Positions 1 to 14,400 of a stretch of DNA of 64,000 nt are shown here, one piece after another; the first letter of the stretch is position 1, and the number at the start of each line of letters is the position of its first letter. The position numbers were made by a program, and so were the translations under genes. The stretch spans positions 15,810,001 through 15,874,000 of the forward strand of contig OZ059900.1 in NCBI GenBank assembly GCA_964057225.1. The letters are read 5' to 3'. Below the pieces are notes generated by a model, which saw only the letters and a program-made list of their open reading frames with translations, did not search any database and had not been told where the DNA came from. This DNA is from Auanema rhodensis. Lineage: Eukaryota > Animalia > Nematoda.

Positions 1-341
1 AAATCGATTTTTGTTCATATGATTCGTCAAATGCATTGAATTTCAGCGTGTTACATACTAAAATGAAGTGTTTTACATGCTGAACACTAGAAAAATACAA
101 AAACACAGTATTTCCCATGAGAAATATTTTATTATGCTGGAAAACCAGTTTTTGGAAATTTCGCTGTAAACAAGGTTTTGACTTACGATTTCATGTGTTC
201 AAACTCATGCAATGTCAATGAAACCTAGCTCAAAATTGTTCCTACAACGTCTAGTTCCACTTTCACGACAAAAAACAGGGGTTAGAAAATTAAGGAAATT
301 AGCATATTCTGAGGGCACGCCCCTTATGGCTAATATTGATT
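1..341. repeat. Representative monomer (phase arbitrary; this copy carries the minority GATTCG/GCATTG/GTGTTT haplotype)
   Basis: First full period between consecutive AAATCGATTT anchors (1 and 342). The majority consensus has about 116 G+C in 341 bp by manual count. Confidence 0.97.
159..175 (+). other. CENP-B-box-like 17-mer TTTCGCTGTAAACAAGG, present at this phase in essentially every monomer; function unproven
   Basis: It matches 12/17 positions of YTTCGTTGGAARCGGGA and 7/9 of the core positions (TTCG....A..CGGG). Confidence 0.3.
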
Positions 342-3074
342 AAATCGATTTTTGTTCATATGAGTCGTCAAATGCAACGAATTTCAGCGTGTTACATACT
401 AAAATGAAGCATTTTACATGCTGAACCCTAGAAAAATACAAAAACACAGTATTTCCCATGAGAAATATTTTATTATGCTGGAAAACCAGTTTTTGGAAAT
501 TTCGCTGTAAACAAGGTTTTGACTTACGATTTCATGTGTTCAAACTCATGCAATGTCAATGAAACCTAGCTCAAAATTGTTCCTACAACGTCTAATTCCA
601 CTTTCACGACAAAAAAACAGGGGTTAGAAAATTAAGGAAATTAGCATATTCTGAGGGCACGCCCCTTATGGCTAATATTGATTAAATCGATTTTTGTTCA
701 TATGAGTCGTCAAATGCAACGAATTTCAGCGTGTTACATACTAAAATGAAGCATTTTACATGCTGAACACTATAAAAATACAAAAACACAGTATTTCCCA
801 TGAGAAATATTTTATTATGCTGGAAAACCAGTTTTTGGAAATTTAGCTGTAAACAAGGTTTTGACTTACGATTTCATGTGTTCAAACTCATGCAATGTCA
901 ATGAAACCTAGCTCAAAATTGTTCCTACAACGTCTAATTCCACTTTCACGACAAAAAAACAGGGGTTAGAAAATTAAGGAAATTAGCATATTCTGAGGGC
1001 ACGCCCCTTATGGCTAATATTGATTAAATCGATTTTTGTTCATATGAGTCGTCAAATGCAACGAATTTTAGCGTGTCACATACTAAAATGAAGCATTTTA
1101 CATGCTGAACACTAGAAAAATACAAAAACACAGTATTTCCCATGAGAAATATTTTATTATGCTGGAAAACCAGTTTTTGGAAATTTCGCTGTAAACAAGG
1201 TTTTGACTTACGATTTCATGTGTTCAAACTCATGCAATGTCAATGAAACCTAGCTCAAAATTGTTCGTACAACGTCTAGTTCCACTTTCACGACAAAAAA
1301 ACAGGGGTTAGAAAATTAAGGAAATTAGCATATTCTGAGGGCACGCCCCTTATGGCTAATATTGATTAAATCGATTTTTGTTCATATGAGTCGTCAAATG
1401 CAACGAATTTTAGCGTGTTACATACTAAAATGAAGCATTTTACATGCTGAACACTAGAAAAATACAAAAACACAGTATTTCCCATGAGAAATATTTTATT
1501 ATGCTGGAAAACCAGTTTTTGGAAATTTCGCTGTAAACAAGGTTTTGACTTACGATTTCATGTGTTCAAACTCATGCAATGTCAATGAAACCTTGCTCAA
1601 AATTGTTCCTACAACGTCTAGTTCCACTTTCACGACAAAAAAACAGGGGTTAGAAAATTAAGGAAATTAGCATATTCTGAGGGCACGCCCCTTATGGCTA
1701 ATATTGATTAAATCGATTTTTGTTCATATGAGTCGTCAAATGCAACAAATTTCAGCGTGTTACATACTAAAATGAAGCATTTTACATGCTGAACACTAGA
1801 AAAATACAAAAACACAGTTTTTCCCATGAGAAATATTTTATTATGCTGGAAAACCAGTTTTTGGAAATTTCGCTGTAAACAAGGTTTTGACTTACGATTT
1901 CATGTGTTCAAACTCATGCAATGTCAATGAAACCTAGCTCAAAATTGTTCCTACAACGTCTAGTTCCACTTTCACGACAAAAAAACAGGGGTTAGAAAAT
2001 TTAGGAAATTAGCATATTCTGAGGGCACGCCCCTTATGGCTAATATTGATTAAATCGATTTTTGTTCATATGAGTCGTCAAATGCAACGAATTTCAGCGT
2101 GTTACATACTAAAATGAAGTATTTCACATGCTGAACACTAGAAAAATACAAAAACACAGTATTTCCCATGAGAAATATTTTATTATGCTGGAAAACCAGT
2201 TTTTGGAAATTTCGCTGTAAACAAGGTTTTGACTTACGATTTCATGTGTTCAAACTCATGCAATGTCAATGAAACCTTGCTCAAAATTGTTCCTACAACG
2301 TCTAGTTCCACTTTCACGACAAAAAAACAGGGGTTAGAAAATTAAGGAAATTAGCATATTCTGAGGGCACGCCCCTTATGGCTAATATTGATTAAATCGA
2401 TTTTTGTTCATATGAGTCGTCAAATGCAACGAATTTCAGCGTGTTACATACTAAAATGAAGTATTTTACATGCTGAACACTAGAAAAATACAAAAACACA
2501 GTATTTCCCATGAGAAATATTTTATTATGCTGGAAAACCAGTTTTTGGAAATTTCGCTGTAAACAAGGTTTTGACTTACGATTTCATGTGTTCAAACTCA
2601 TGCAATGTCAATGAAACCTAGCTCAAAATTGTTCCTACAACGTCTAGTTCCACTTTCACGACAAAAAACAGGGGTTAGAAAATTAAGGAAATTAGCATAT
2701 TCTGAGGGCACGCCTCTATGGCTTATATTGATTAAATCGATTTTTGTTCATATGATTCGTCAAATGCATTGAATTTCAGCGTGTTACATACTAAAATGAA
2801 GTGTTTTACATGCTGAACACTAGAAAAATACAAAAACACAGTATTTCCCATGAGAAATATTTTATTATGCTGGAAAACCAGTTTTTGGAAATTTCGCTGT
2901 AAACAAGGTTTTGACTTACGATTTCATGTGTTCAAACTCATGCAATGTCAATGAAACCTAGCTCAAAATTGTTCCTACAACGTCTAGTTCCACTTTCACG
3001 ACAAAAAACAGGGGTTAGAAAATTAAGGAAATTAGCATATTCTGAGGGCACGCCCCTTATGGCTAATATTGATT

Positions 3075-4441
3075 AAATCGATTTTTGTTCATATGAGTCG
3101 TCAAATGCAACGAATTTCAGCGTGTTACATACTAAAATGAAGCATTTTACATGCTGAACACTAGAAAAATACAAAAACACAGTATTTCCCATGAGAAATA
3201 TTTTATTATGCTGGAAAACCAGTTTTTGGAAATTTCGCTGTAAACAAGGTTTTGACTTACGATTTCATGTGTTCAAACTCATGCAATGTCAATGAAACCT
3301 AGCTCAAAATTGTTCCTACAACGTCTAATTCCACTTTCACGACAAAAAAACAGGGGTTAGAAAATTAAGGAAATTAGCATATTCTGAGGGCACGCCCCTT
3401 ATGGCTAATATTGATTAAATCGATTTTTGTTCATATGAGTCGTCAAATGCAACGAATTTCAGCGTGTTACATACTAAAATGAAGCATTTTACATGCTGAA
3501 CACTAGAAAAATACAAAAACACAGTTTTTAACATGAGAAATATTTTATTATGCTGGAAAACCAGTTTTTGGAAATTTCGCTGTAAACAAGGTTTTGACTT
3601 ACGATTTCATGAGTTCAAACTCATGCAATGTCAATGAAACCTAGCTCAAAATTGTTCCTACAACGTCTAGTTCCACTTTCACGACAAAAAACAGGGGTTA
3701 GAAAATTAAGGAAATTAGCATATTCTGAGGGCACGCCCCTTATGGCTAATATTGATTAAATCGATTTTTGTTCATATGAGTCGTCAAATGCAACGAATTT
3801 CAGCGTGTTACATACTAAAATGAAGCATTTTACATGCTGAACACTAGAAAAATACAAAAACACAGTATTTCCCATGAGAAATATTTTATTATGCTGGAAA
3901 ACCAGTTTTTGGAAATTTCGCTGTAAACAAGGTTTTGACTTACGATTTCATGTGTTCAAACTCATGCAATGTCAATGAAACCTAGCTCAAAATTGTTCCT
4001 ACAACGTCTAATTCCACTTTCACGACAAAAAAACAGGGGTTAGAAAATTAAGGAAATTAGCATATTCTGAGGGCACGCCCCTTATGGCTAATATTGATTA
4101 AATCGATTTTTGTTCATATGAGTCGTCAAATGCAACGAATTTCAGCGTGTTACATACTAAAATGAAGCATTTTACATGCTGAACACTAGAAAAATACAAA
4201 AACACAGTTTTTAACATGAGAAATATTTTATTATGCTGGAAAACCAGTTTTTGGAAATTTCGCTGTAAACAAGGTTTTGACTTACGATTTCATGAGTTCA
4301 AACTCATGCAATGTCAATGAAACCTAGCTCAAAATTGTTCGAACAACGTCTAGTTCCACTTTCACGACAAAAAAACAGGGGTTAGAAAATTAAGGAAATT
4401 AGCATATTCTGAGGGCACGCCCCTTATGGCTAATATTGATT
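3075..4441. repeat. 2-monomer higher-order repeat, two copies (period 683 bp)
   Basis: The rare allele GTTTTTAACATG occurs only at ~3530 and ~4213, each followed by CATGAGTTC in the same monomer. Confidence 0.85.
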
Positions 4442-5467
4442 AAATCGATTTTTGTTCATATGAGTCGTCAAATGCAACGAATTTCAGCGTGTTACATACT
4501 AAAATGAAGCATTTTACATGCTGAACACTAGAAAAATACAAAAACACAGTTTTTCCCATGAGAAATATTTTATTATGCTGGAAAACCAGTTTTTGGAAAT
4601 TTCGCTGTAAACAAGGTTTTGACTTACGATTTCATGTGTTCAAACTCATGCAATGTCAATGAAACCTAGCTCAAAACTGTTCGTACAACGTCTAGTTCCA
4701 CTTTCACGACAAAAAAACAGGGGTTAGAAAATTAAGGAAATTAGCATATTCTGAGGGCACGCCCCTTATGGCTAATATTGATTAAATCGATTTTTGTTCA
4801 TATGAGTCGTCAAATGAAACGAATTTCAGGGTGTTACATACTAAAATGAAGCATTTTACATGCTGAACACTATAAAAATACAAAAACACAGTATTTCCCA
4901 TGAGAAATATTTTATTATGCTGGAAAACCAGTTTTTGGAAAGTTCGCTGTAAACAAGGTTTTGACTTACGATTTCATGTGTTCAAACTCATGCAATGTCA
5001 ATGAAACCTTGCTCAAAATTGTTCCTACAACGTCTAGTTCCACTTTCACGACAAAAAAACAGGGGTTAGAAAATTAAGGAAATTAGCATATTCTGAGGGC
5101 ACGCCCCTTATGGCTAATATTGATTAAATCGATTTTTGTTCATATGAGTAGTCAAATGCAACGAATTTCAGCGTGTTACATACTTAAATGAAGCATTTTA
5201 CATGCTGAACACTAGAAAAATACAAAAACACAGTATTTCCCATGAGAAATATTTTATTATGCTGGAAAACCAGTTTTTGGAAATTTCGCTGTAAACAAGG
5301 TTTTGACTTACGATTTCATGTGTTCAAACTCATGCAATGTCAATGAAACCTTGCTCAAAATTGTTCCTACAACGTCTAGTTCCACTTTCACGACAAAAAA
5401 ACAGGGGTTAGAAAATTAAGGAAATTAGCATATTCTGAGGGCACGCCCCTTATGGCTAATATTGATT

Positions 5468-8400
5468 AAATCGATTTTTGTTCATATGAGTCGTCAAATG
5501 AAACGAATTTCAGGGTGTTACATACTAAAATGAAGCATTTAAATGCTGAACACTATAAAAATACAAAAACACAGTATTTCCCATGAGAAATATTTTATTA
5601 TGCTGGAAAACCAGTTTTTGGAAAGTTCGCTGTAAACAAGGTTTTGACTTACGATTTCATGTGTTCAAACTCATGCAATGTCAATGAAACCTTGCTCAAA
5701 ATTGTTCCTACAACGTCTAGTTCCACTTTCACGACAAAAAAACAGGGGTTAGAAAATTAAGGAAATTAGCATATTCTGAGGGCACGCCCCTTATGGCTAA
5801 TATTGATTAAATCGATTTTTGTTCATATGAGTCGTCAAATGAAACGAATTTCAGGGTGTTACATACTAAAATGAAGCATTTTACATGCTGAACACTATAA
5901 AAATACAAAAACTTAGTATTTCCCATGAGAAATATTTTATTATGCTGGAAAACCAGTTTTTGGAAAGTTCGCTGTAAACAAGGTTTTGACTTACGATTTC
6001 ATGTGTTCAAACTCATGCAATGTCAATGAAACCTAGCTCAAAATTGTTCCTACAACGTCTTATTCCACTTTCACGACAAAAAAACAGGGGTTAGAAAATT
6101 AAGGAAATTAGCATATTCTGAGGGCACGCCCCTTATGGCTAATATTGATTAAATCGATTTTTGTTCATATGAGTCGTCAAATGCAACGAATTTCAGCGTG
6201 TTACATACTTAAATGAAGTATTTTACATGCTGAACACTAGAAAAATACAAAAACACAGTATTTCCCATGAGAAATATTTTATTATGCTGGAAAACCAGTT
6301 TTTGGAAATTTCGCTGTAAACAAGGTTTTGACTTACGATTTCATGTGTACAAACTCATGCAATGTCAATGAAACCTAGCTCAAAATTGTTCCTACAACGT
6401 CTAGTTCCACTTTCACGACAAAAAACAGGGGTTAGAAAATTAAGGAAATTAGCATATTCTGAGGGCACGCCCCTTATGGCTTATATTGATTAAATCGATT
6501 TTTGTTCATATGAGTCGTCAAATGCAACGAATTTCAGCGTGTTACATACTAAAATGGAGTATTTTACATGCTGAACACTAGAAAAATACAAAAACACAGT
6601 ATTTCCCATGAGAAATATTTTATTATGCTGGAAAACCAGTTTTTGGAAATTTCGCTGTAAACAAGGTTTTGACTTACGATTTCATGTGTTCGAACTCATG
6701 CAATGTCAATGAAACCTAGCTCAAAATTGTTCCTACAACGTCTAGTTCCACTTTCACGACAAAAAACAGGGGTTAGAAAATTAAGGAAATTAGCATATTC
6801 TGAGGGCACGCCCCTTATGGCTAATATTGATTAAATCGATTTTTGTTCATATGAGTCGTCAAATGCAACGAATTTCAGCGTGTTACATACTAAAATGAAG
6901 CATTTTACATGCTGAACACTAGAAAAATACAAAAACACAGTATTTCCCATGAGAAATATTTTATTATGCTGGAGAACCAGTTTTTGGAAATTTCGCTGTA
7001 AACAAGGTTTTGACTTACGATTTCATGTGTTCAAACTCATGCAATGTCAATGAAACCTAGCTCAAAATTGTTCCTACAACGTCTAATTCCACTTTCACGA
7101 CAAAAAAACAGGGGTTAGAAAATTAAGGAAATTAGCATATTCTGAGGGCACGCCCCTTATGGCTAATATTGATTAAATCGATTTTTGTTCATATGAGTCG
7201 TCAAATGCAACGAATTTCAGCGTGTTACATACTAAAATGAAGCATTTTACATGCTGAACACTATAAAAATACAAAAACACAGTATTTCCCATGAGAAATA
7301 TTTTATTATGCTGGAAAACCAGTTTTTGGAAAGTTCGCTGTAAACAAGGTTTTGACTTACGATTTCATGTGTTCGAACTCATGCAATGTCAATGAAACCT
7401 AGCTCAAAATTGTTCCTACAACGTCTAGTTCCACTTTCACGACAAAAAACAGGGGTTAGAAAATTAAGGAAATTAGCATATTCTGAGGGCACGCCCCTTA
7501 TGGCTAATATTGATTAAATCGATTTTTGTTCATATGAGTCGTCAAATGCAACGAATTTCAGCGTGTTACATACTAAAATGAAGCATTTTACATGCTGAAC
7601 ACTAGAAAAATACAAAAACACAGTATTTCCCATGAGAAATATTTTATTATGCTGGAAAACCAGTTTTTGGAAATTTCGCTGTAAACAAGGTTTTGACTTA
7701 CGATTTCATGTGTTCAAACTCATGCAATGTCAATGAAACCTAGCTCAAAATTGTTCCTACAACGTCTAATTCCACTTTCACGACAAAAAAACAGGGGTTA
7801 GAAAATTAAGGAAATTAGCATATTCTGAGGGCACGCCCCTTATGGCTAATATTGATTAAATCGATTTTTGTTCATATGAGTCGTCAAATGCAACGAATTT
7901 CAGCGTGTTACATACTAAAATGAAGCATTTTACATGCTGAACACTATAAAAATACAAAAACACAGTATTTCCCATGAGAAATATTTTATTATGCTGGAAA
8001 ACCAGTTTTTGGAAATTTCGCTGTAAACAAGGTTTTGACTTACGATTTCATGTGTTCAAACTCATGCAATGTCAATGAAACCTAGCTCAAAATTGTTCCT
8101 ACAACGTCTAATTCCACTTTCACGACAAAAAAACAGGGGTTAGAAAATTAAGGAAATTAGCATATTCTGAGGGCACGCCCCTTATGGCTAATATTGATTA
8201 AATCGATTTTTGTTCATATGAGTCGTCAAATGCAACGAATTTCAGCGTGTTACATACTAAAATGGAGCATTTTACATGCTGAACACTAGAAAAATACAAA
8301 AACACAGTATTTCCCATGAGAAATATTTTATTATGCTGGAAAACCAGTTTTTGGAAATTTCGCTGTAAACAAGGTTTTGACTTACGATTTCATGTGTTCA

Positions 8401-11400
8401 AACTCATGCAATGTCAATGAAACCTAGCTCAAAATTGTTCGTACAACGTCTAGTTCCACTTTCACGACAAAAAAACAGGGGTTAGAAAATTAAGGAAATT
8501 AGCATATTCTGAGGGCACGCCCCTTATGGCTAATATTGATTAAATCGATTTTTGTTCATATGAGTCGTCAAATGCAACAAATTTCAGCGTGTTACATACT
8601 AAAATGAAGCATTTTACAAGCTGAACACTAGAAAAATACAAAAACACAGTTTTTCCCATGAGAAATATTTTATTATGCTGGAAAACCAGTTTTTGGAAAT
8701 TTCGCTGTAAACAAGGTTTTGACTTACGATTTCATGTGTTCAAACTCATGCAATGTCAATGAAACCTAGCTCAAAATTGTTCGTACAATGTCTAGTTCCA
8801 CTTTCACGACAAAAAAACAGGGGTTAGAAAATTTAGGAAATTAGCATATTCTGAGGGCACGCCCCTTATGGCTAATATTGATTAAATCGATTTTGGTTCA
8901 TATGAGTCGTCAAATGCAACGAATTTCAGCGTGTTACATACTAAAATGAAGCATTTTACATGCTGAACACTAGAAAAATACAAAAACACAGTTTTACCCA
9001 TGAGAAATATTTTATTATGCTGGAAAACCAGTTTTTGGAAATTTCGCTGTAAACAAGGTTTTGACTTACGATTTCATGTGTTCAAACTCATGCAATGTCA
9101 ATGAAACCTAGCTCAAAATTGTTCGTACAACGTCTAGTTCCACTTTCACGACAAAAAAACAGGGGTTAGAAAATTTAGGAAATTAGCATATTCTGAGGGC
9201 ACGCCCCTTATGGCTAATATTGATTAAATCGATTTTTGTTCATATGAGTCGTCAAATGCAACGAATTTCAGCGTGTTACATACTAAAATGAAGTATTTCA
9301 CATGCTGAACACTAGAAAAATAAAAAAACACAGTATTTCCCATGAGAAATATTTTATTATGCTGGAAAACCAGTTTTTGGAAATTTCGCTGTAAACAAGG
9401 TTTTGACTTACGATTTCATGTGTTCAAACTCATGCAATGTCAATGAAACCTTGCTCAAAATTGTTCCTACAACGTCTAGTTCCACTTTCACGACAAAAAA
9501 ACAGGGGTTAGAAAATTAAGGAAATTAGCATATTCTGAGGGCACGCCCCTTATGGCTAATATTGATTAAATCGATTTTTGTTCATATGAGTCGTCAAATG
9601 AAACGAATTTCAGGGTGTTACATACTAAAATGAAGCATTTTACATGCTGAACACTATAAAAATACAAAAACACAGTATTTCCCATGAGAAATATTTTATT
9701 ATGCTGGAAAACCAGTTTTTGGAAAGTTCGCTGTAAACAAGGTTTTGACTTACGATTTCATGTGTTCAAACTCATGCAATGTCAATGAAACCTAGCTCAA
9801 AATTGTTCTTACAACGTCTAATTCCACTTTCACGACAAAAAAACAGGGGTTAGAAAATTAAGGAAATTAGCACATTCTGAGGGCACGCCCCTTATGGCTA
9901 ATATTGATTAAATCGATTTTTGTTCATATGAGTCGTCAAATGCAACGAATTTCAGCGTGTTACATACTAAAATGAAGTATTTTACATGCTGAACACTAGA
10001 AAAATACAAAAACACAGTATTTCCCATGAGAAATATTTTATTATGCTGGAAAACCAGTTTTTGGAAATTTCGCTGTAAACAAGGTTTTGACTTACGATTT
10101 CATGTGTTCAAACTCATGCAATGTCAATGAAACCTAGCTCAAAATTGTTCCTACAACGTCTAGTTCCACTTTCACGACAAAAAACAGGGGTTAGAAAATT
10201 AAGGAAATTAGCATATTCTGAGGGCACGCCTCTATGGCTTATATTGATTAAATCGATTTTTGTTCATATGATTCGTCAAATGCATTGAATTTCAGCGTGT
10301 TACATACTAAAATGAAGTGTTTCACATGCTGAACACTAGAAAAATACAAAAACACAGTATTTCCCATGAGAAATATTTTATTATGCTGGAAAACCAGTTT
10401 TTGGAAATTTCGCTGTAAACAAGGTTTTGACTTACGATTTCATGTGTTCAAACTCATGCAATGTCAATGAAACCTAGCTCAAAATTGTTCCTACAACGTC
10501 TAGTTCCACTTTCACGACAAAAAACAGGGGTTAGAAAATTAAGGAAATTAGCATATTCTGAGGGCACGCCCCTTATGGCTAATATTGATTAAATCGATTT
10601 TTGTTCATATGAGTCGTCAAATGCAACGAATTTCAGCGTGTTACATACTAAAATGAAGAATTTTACATGCTGAACACTAGAAAAATACAAAAACACAGTA
10701 TTTCCCATGAGAAATATTTTATTATGCTGGAAAACCAGTTTTTGGAAATTTCGCTGTAAACAAGGTTTTGACTTACGATTTCATGTGTTCAAACTCATGC
10801 AATGTCAATGAAACCTAGCTCAAAATTGTTCCTACAACGTCTAGTTCCACTTTCACGACAAAAAACAGGGGTTAGAAAATTAAGGAAATTAGCATATTCT
10901 GAGGGCACGCCTCTATGGCTTATATTGATTAAATCGATTTTTGTTCATATGATTCGTCAAATGCATTGAATTTCAGCGTGTTACATACTAAAATGAAGTG
11001 TTTTACATGCTGAACACTAGAAAAATACAAAAACACAGTATTTCCCATGAGAAATATTTTATTATGCTGGAAAACCAGTTTTTGGAAATTTCGCTGTAAA
11101 CAAGGTTTTGACTTACGATTTCATGTGTTCAAACTCATGCAATGTCAATGAAACCTAGCTCAAAATTGTTCCTACAACGTCTAGTTCCACTTTCACGACA
11201 AAAAACAGGGGTTAGAAAATTAAGGAAATTAGCATATTCTGAGGGCACGCCCCTTATGGCTAATATTGATTAAATCGATTTTTGTTCATATGAGTCGTCA
11301 AATGCAACGAATTTCAGCGTGTTACATACTAAAATGAAGCATTTTACATGCTGAACACTAGAAAAATACAAAAACACAGTATTTCCCATGAGAAATATTT

Positions 11401-14400
11401 TATTATGCTGGAAAACCAGTTTTTGGAAATTTCGCTGTAAACAAGGTTTTGACTTACGATTTCATGTGTTCAAACTCATGCAATGTCAATGAAACCTAGC
11501 TCAAAATTGTTCCTACAACGTCTAATTCCACTTTCACGACAAAAAAACAGGGGTTAGAAAATTAAGGAAATTAGCATATTCTGAGGGCACGCCCCTTATG
11601 GCTAATATTGATTAAATCGATTTTTGTTCATATGAGTCGTCAAATGCAACGAATTTCAGCGTGTTACATACTAAAATGAAGCATTTTACATGCTGAACAC
11701 TATAAAAATACAAAAACACAGTATTTCCCATGAGAAATATTTTATTATGCTGGAAAACCAGTTTTTGGAAATTTCGCTGTAAACAAGGTTTTGACTTACG
11801 ATTTCATGTGTTCAAACTCATGCAATGTCAATGAAACCTAGCTCAAAATTGTTCCTACAACGTCTAGTTCCACTTTCACGACAAAAAACAGGGGTTAGAA
11901 AATTAAGGAAATTAGCATATTCTGAGGGCACGCCTCTATGGCTTATATTGATTAAATCGATTTTTGTTCATATGATTCGTCAAATGCATTGAATTTCAGC
12001 GTGTTACATACTAAAATGAAGTGTTTTACATGCTGAACACTAGAAAAATACAAAAACACAGTATTTCCCATGAGAAATATTTTATTATGCTGGAAAACCA
12101 GTTTTTGGAAATTTCGCTGTAAACAAGGTTTTGACTTACGATTTCATGTGTTCAAACTCATGCAATGTCAATGAAACCTAGCTCAAAATTGTTCCTACAA
12201 CGTCTAGTTCCACTTTCACGACAAAAAACAGGGGTTAGAAAATTAAGGAAATTAGCATATTCTGAGGGCACGCCCCTTATGGCTAATATTGATTAAATCG
12301 ATTTTTGTTCATATGAGTCGTCAAATGAAACGAATTTCAGGGTGTTACATACTAAAATGAAGCATTTAAATGCTGAACACTATAAAAATACAAAAACACA
12401 GTATTTCCCATGAGAAATATTTTATTATGCTGGAAAACCAGTTTTTGGAAAGTTCGCTGTAAACAAGGTTTTGACTTACGATTTCATGTGTTCAAACTCA
12501 TGCAATGTCAATGAAACCTTGCTCAAAATTGTTCCTACAACGTCTAGTTCCACTTTCACGACAAAAAAACAGGGGTTAGAAAATTAAGGAAATTAGCATA
12601 TTCTGAGGGCACGCCCCTTATGGCTAATATTGATTAAATCGATTTTTGTTCATATGAGTCGTCAAATGAAACGAATTTCAGGGTGTTACATACTAAAATG
12701 AAGCATTTTACATGCTGAACACTATAAAAATACAAAAACTTAGTATTTCCCATGAGAAATATTTTATTATGCTGGAAAACCAGTTTTTGGAAAGTTCGCT
12801 GTAAACAAGGTTTTGACTTACGATTTCATGTGTTCAAACTCATGCAATGTCAATGAAACCTAGCTCAAAATTGTTCCTACAACGTCTTATTCCACTTTCA
12901 CGACAAAAAAACAGGGGTTAGAAAATTAAGGAAATTAGCATATTCTGAGGGCACGCCCCTTATGGCTAATATTGATTAAATCGATTTTTGTTCATATGAG
13001 TCGTCAAATGCAACGAATTTCAGCGTGTTACATACTTAAATGAAGTATTTTACATGCTGAACACTAGAAAAATACAAAAACACAGTATTTCCCATGAGAA
13101 ATATTTTATTATGCTGGAAAACCAGTTTTTGGAAATTTCGCTGTAAACAAGGTTTTGACTTACGATTTCATGTGTTCAAACTCATGCAATGTCAATGAAA
13201 CCTAGCTCAAAATTGTTCCTACAACGTCTAGTTCCACTTTCACGACAAAAAACAGGGGTTAGAAAATTAAGGAAATTAGCATATTCTGAGGGCACGCCCC
13301 TTATGGCTTATATTGATTAAATCGATTTTTGTTCATATGAGTCGTCAAATGCAACGAATTTCAGCGTGTTACATACTAAAATGGAGTATTTTACATGCTG
13401 AACACTAGAAAAATACAAAAACACAGTATTTCCCATGAGAAATATTTTATTATGCTGGAAAACCAGTTTTTGGAAATTTCGCTGTAAACAAGGTTTTGAC
13501 TTACGATTTCATGTGTTCGAACTCATGCAATGTCAATGAAACCTAGCTCAAAATTGTTCCTACAACGTCTAGTTCCACTTTCACGACAAAAAACAGGGGT
13601 TAGAAAATTAAGGAAATTAGCATATTCTGAGGGCACGCCCCTTATGGCTAATATTGATTAAATCGATTTTTGTTCATATGAGTCGTCAAATGCAACGAAT
13701 TTCAGCGTGTTACATACTAAAATGAAGCATTTTACATGCTGAACACTAGAAAAATACAAAAACACAGTATTTCCCATGAGAAATATTTTATTATGCTGGA
13801 AAACCAGTTTTTGGAAATTTCGCTGTAAACAAGGTTTTGACTTACGATTTCATGTGTTCAAACTCATGCAATGTCAATGAAACCTAGCTCAAAATTGTTC
13901 CTACAACGTCTAATTCCACTTTCACGACAAAAAAACAGGGGTTAGAAAATTAAGGAAATTAGCATATTCTGAGGGCACGCCCCTTATGGCTAATATTGAT
14001 TAAATCGATTTTTGTTCATATGAGTCGTCAAATGCAACGAATTTCAGCGTGTTACATACTAAAATGAAGCATTTTACATGCTGAACACTATAAAAATACA
14101 AAAACACAGTATTTCCCATGAGAAATATTTTATTATGCTGGAAAACCAGTTTTTGGAAATTTCGCTGTAAACAAGGTTTTGACTTACGATTTCATGTGTT
14201 CAAACTCATGCAATGTCAATGAAACCTAGCTCAAAATTGTTCCTACAACGTCTAATTCCACTTTCACGACAAAAAAACAGGGGTTAGAAAATTAAGGAAA
14301 TTAGCATATTCTGAGGGCACGCCCCTTATGGCTAATATTGATTAAATCGATTTTTGTTCATATGAGTCGTCAAATGCAACGAATTTCAGCGTGTTACATA

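Noticed and set aside
277-303. Telomere-like words (GGGGTTAG, TTAAGG/TTTAGG, TTAGC)
   Set aside because: They are isolated degenerate words separated by A-runs, not tandem telomeric repeats, and there are too few G-tracts for a G-quadruplex.
1-341. Primate alpha-satellite dimer (2 x 171 bp)
   Set aside because: The length is coincidentally similar, but I see no recognisable alpha-satellite sequence beyond the partial CENP-B-like box.
1-341. Tandem 5S rRNA, tRNA, snRNA or spliced-leader gene repeat
   Set aside because: I found no recognisable 5S, tRNA or snRNA conserved sequence and no cloverleaf. An Rfam/Infernal search would be needed to exclude this formally.
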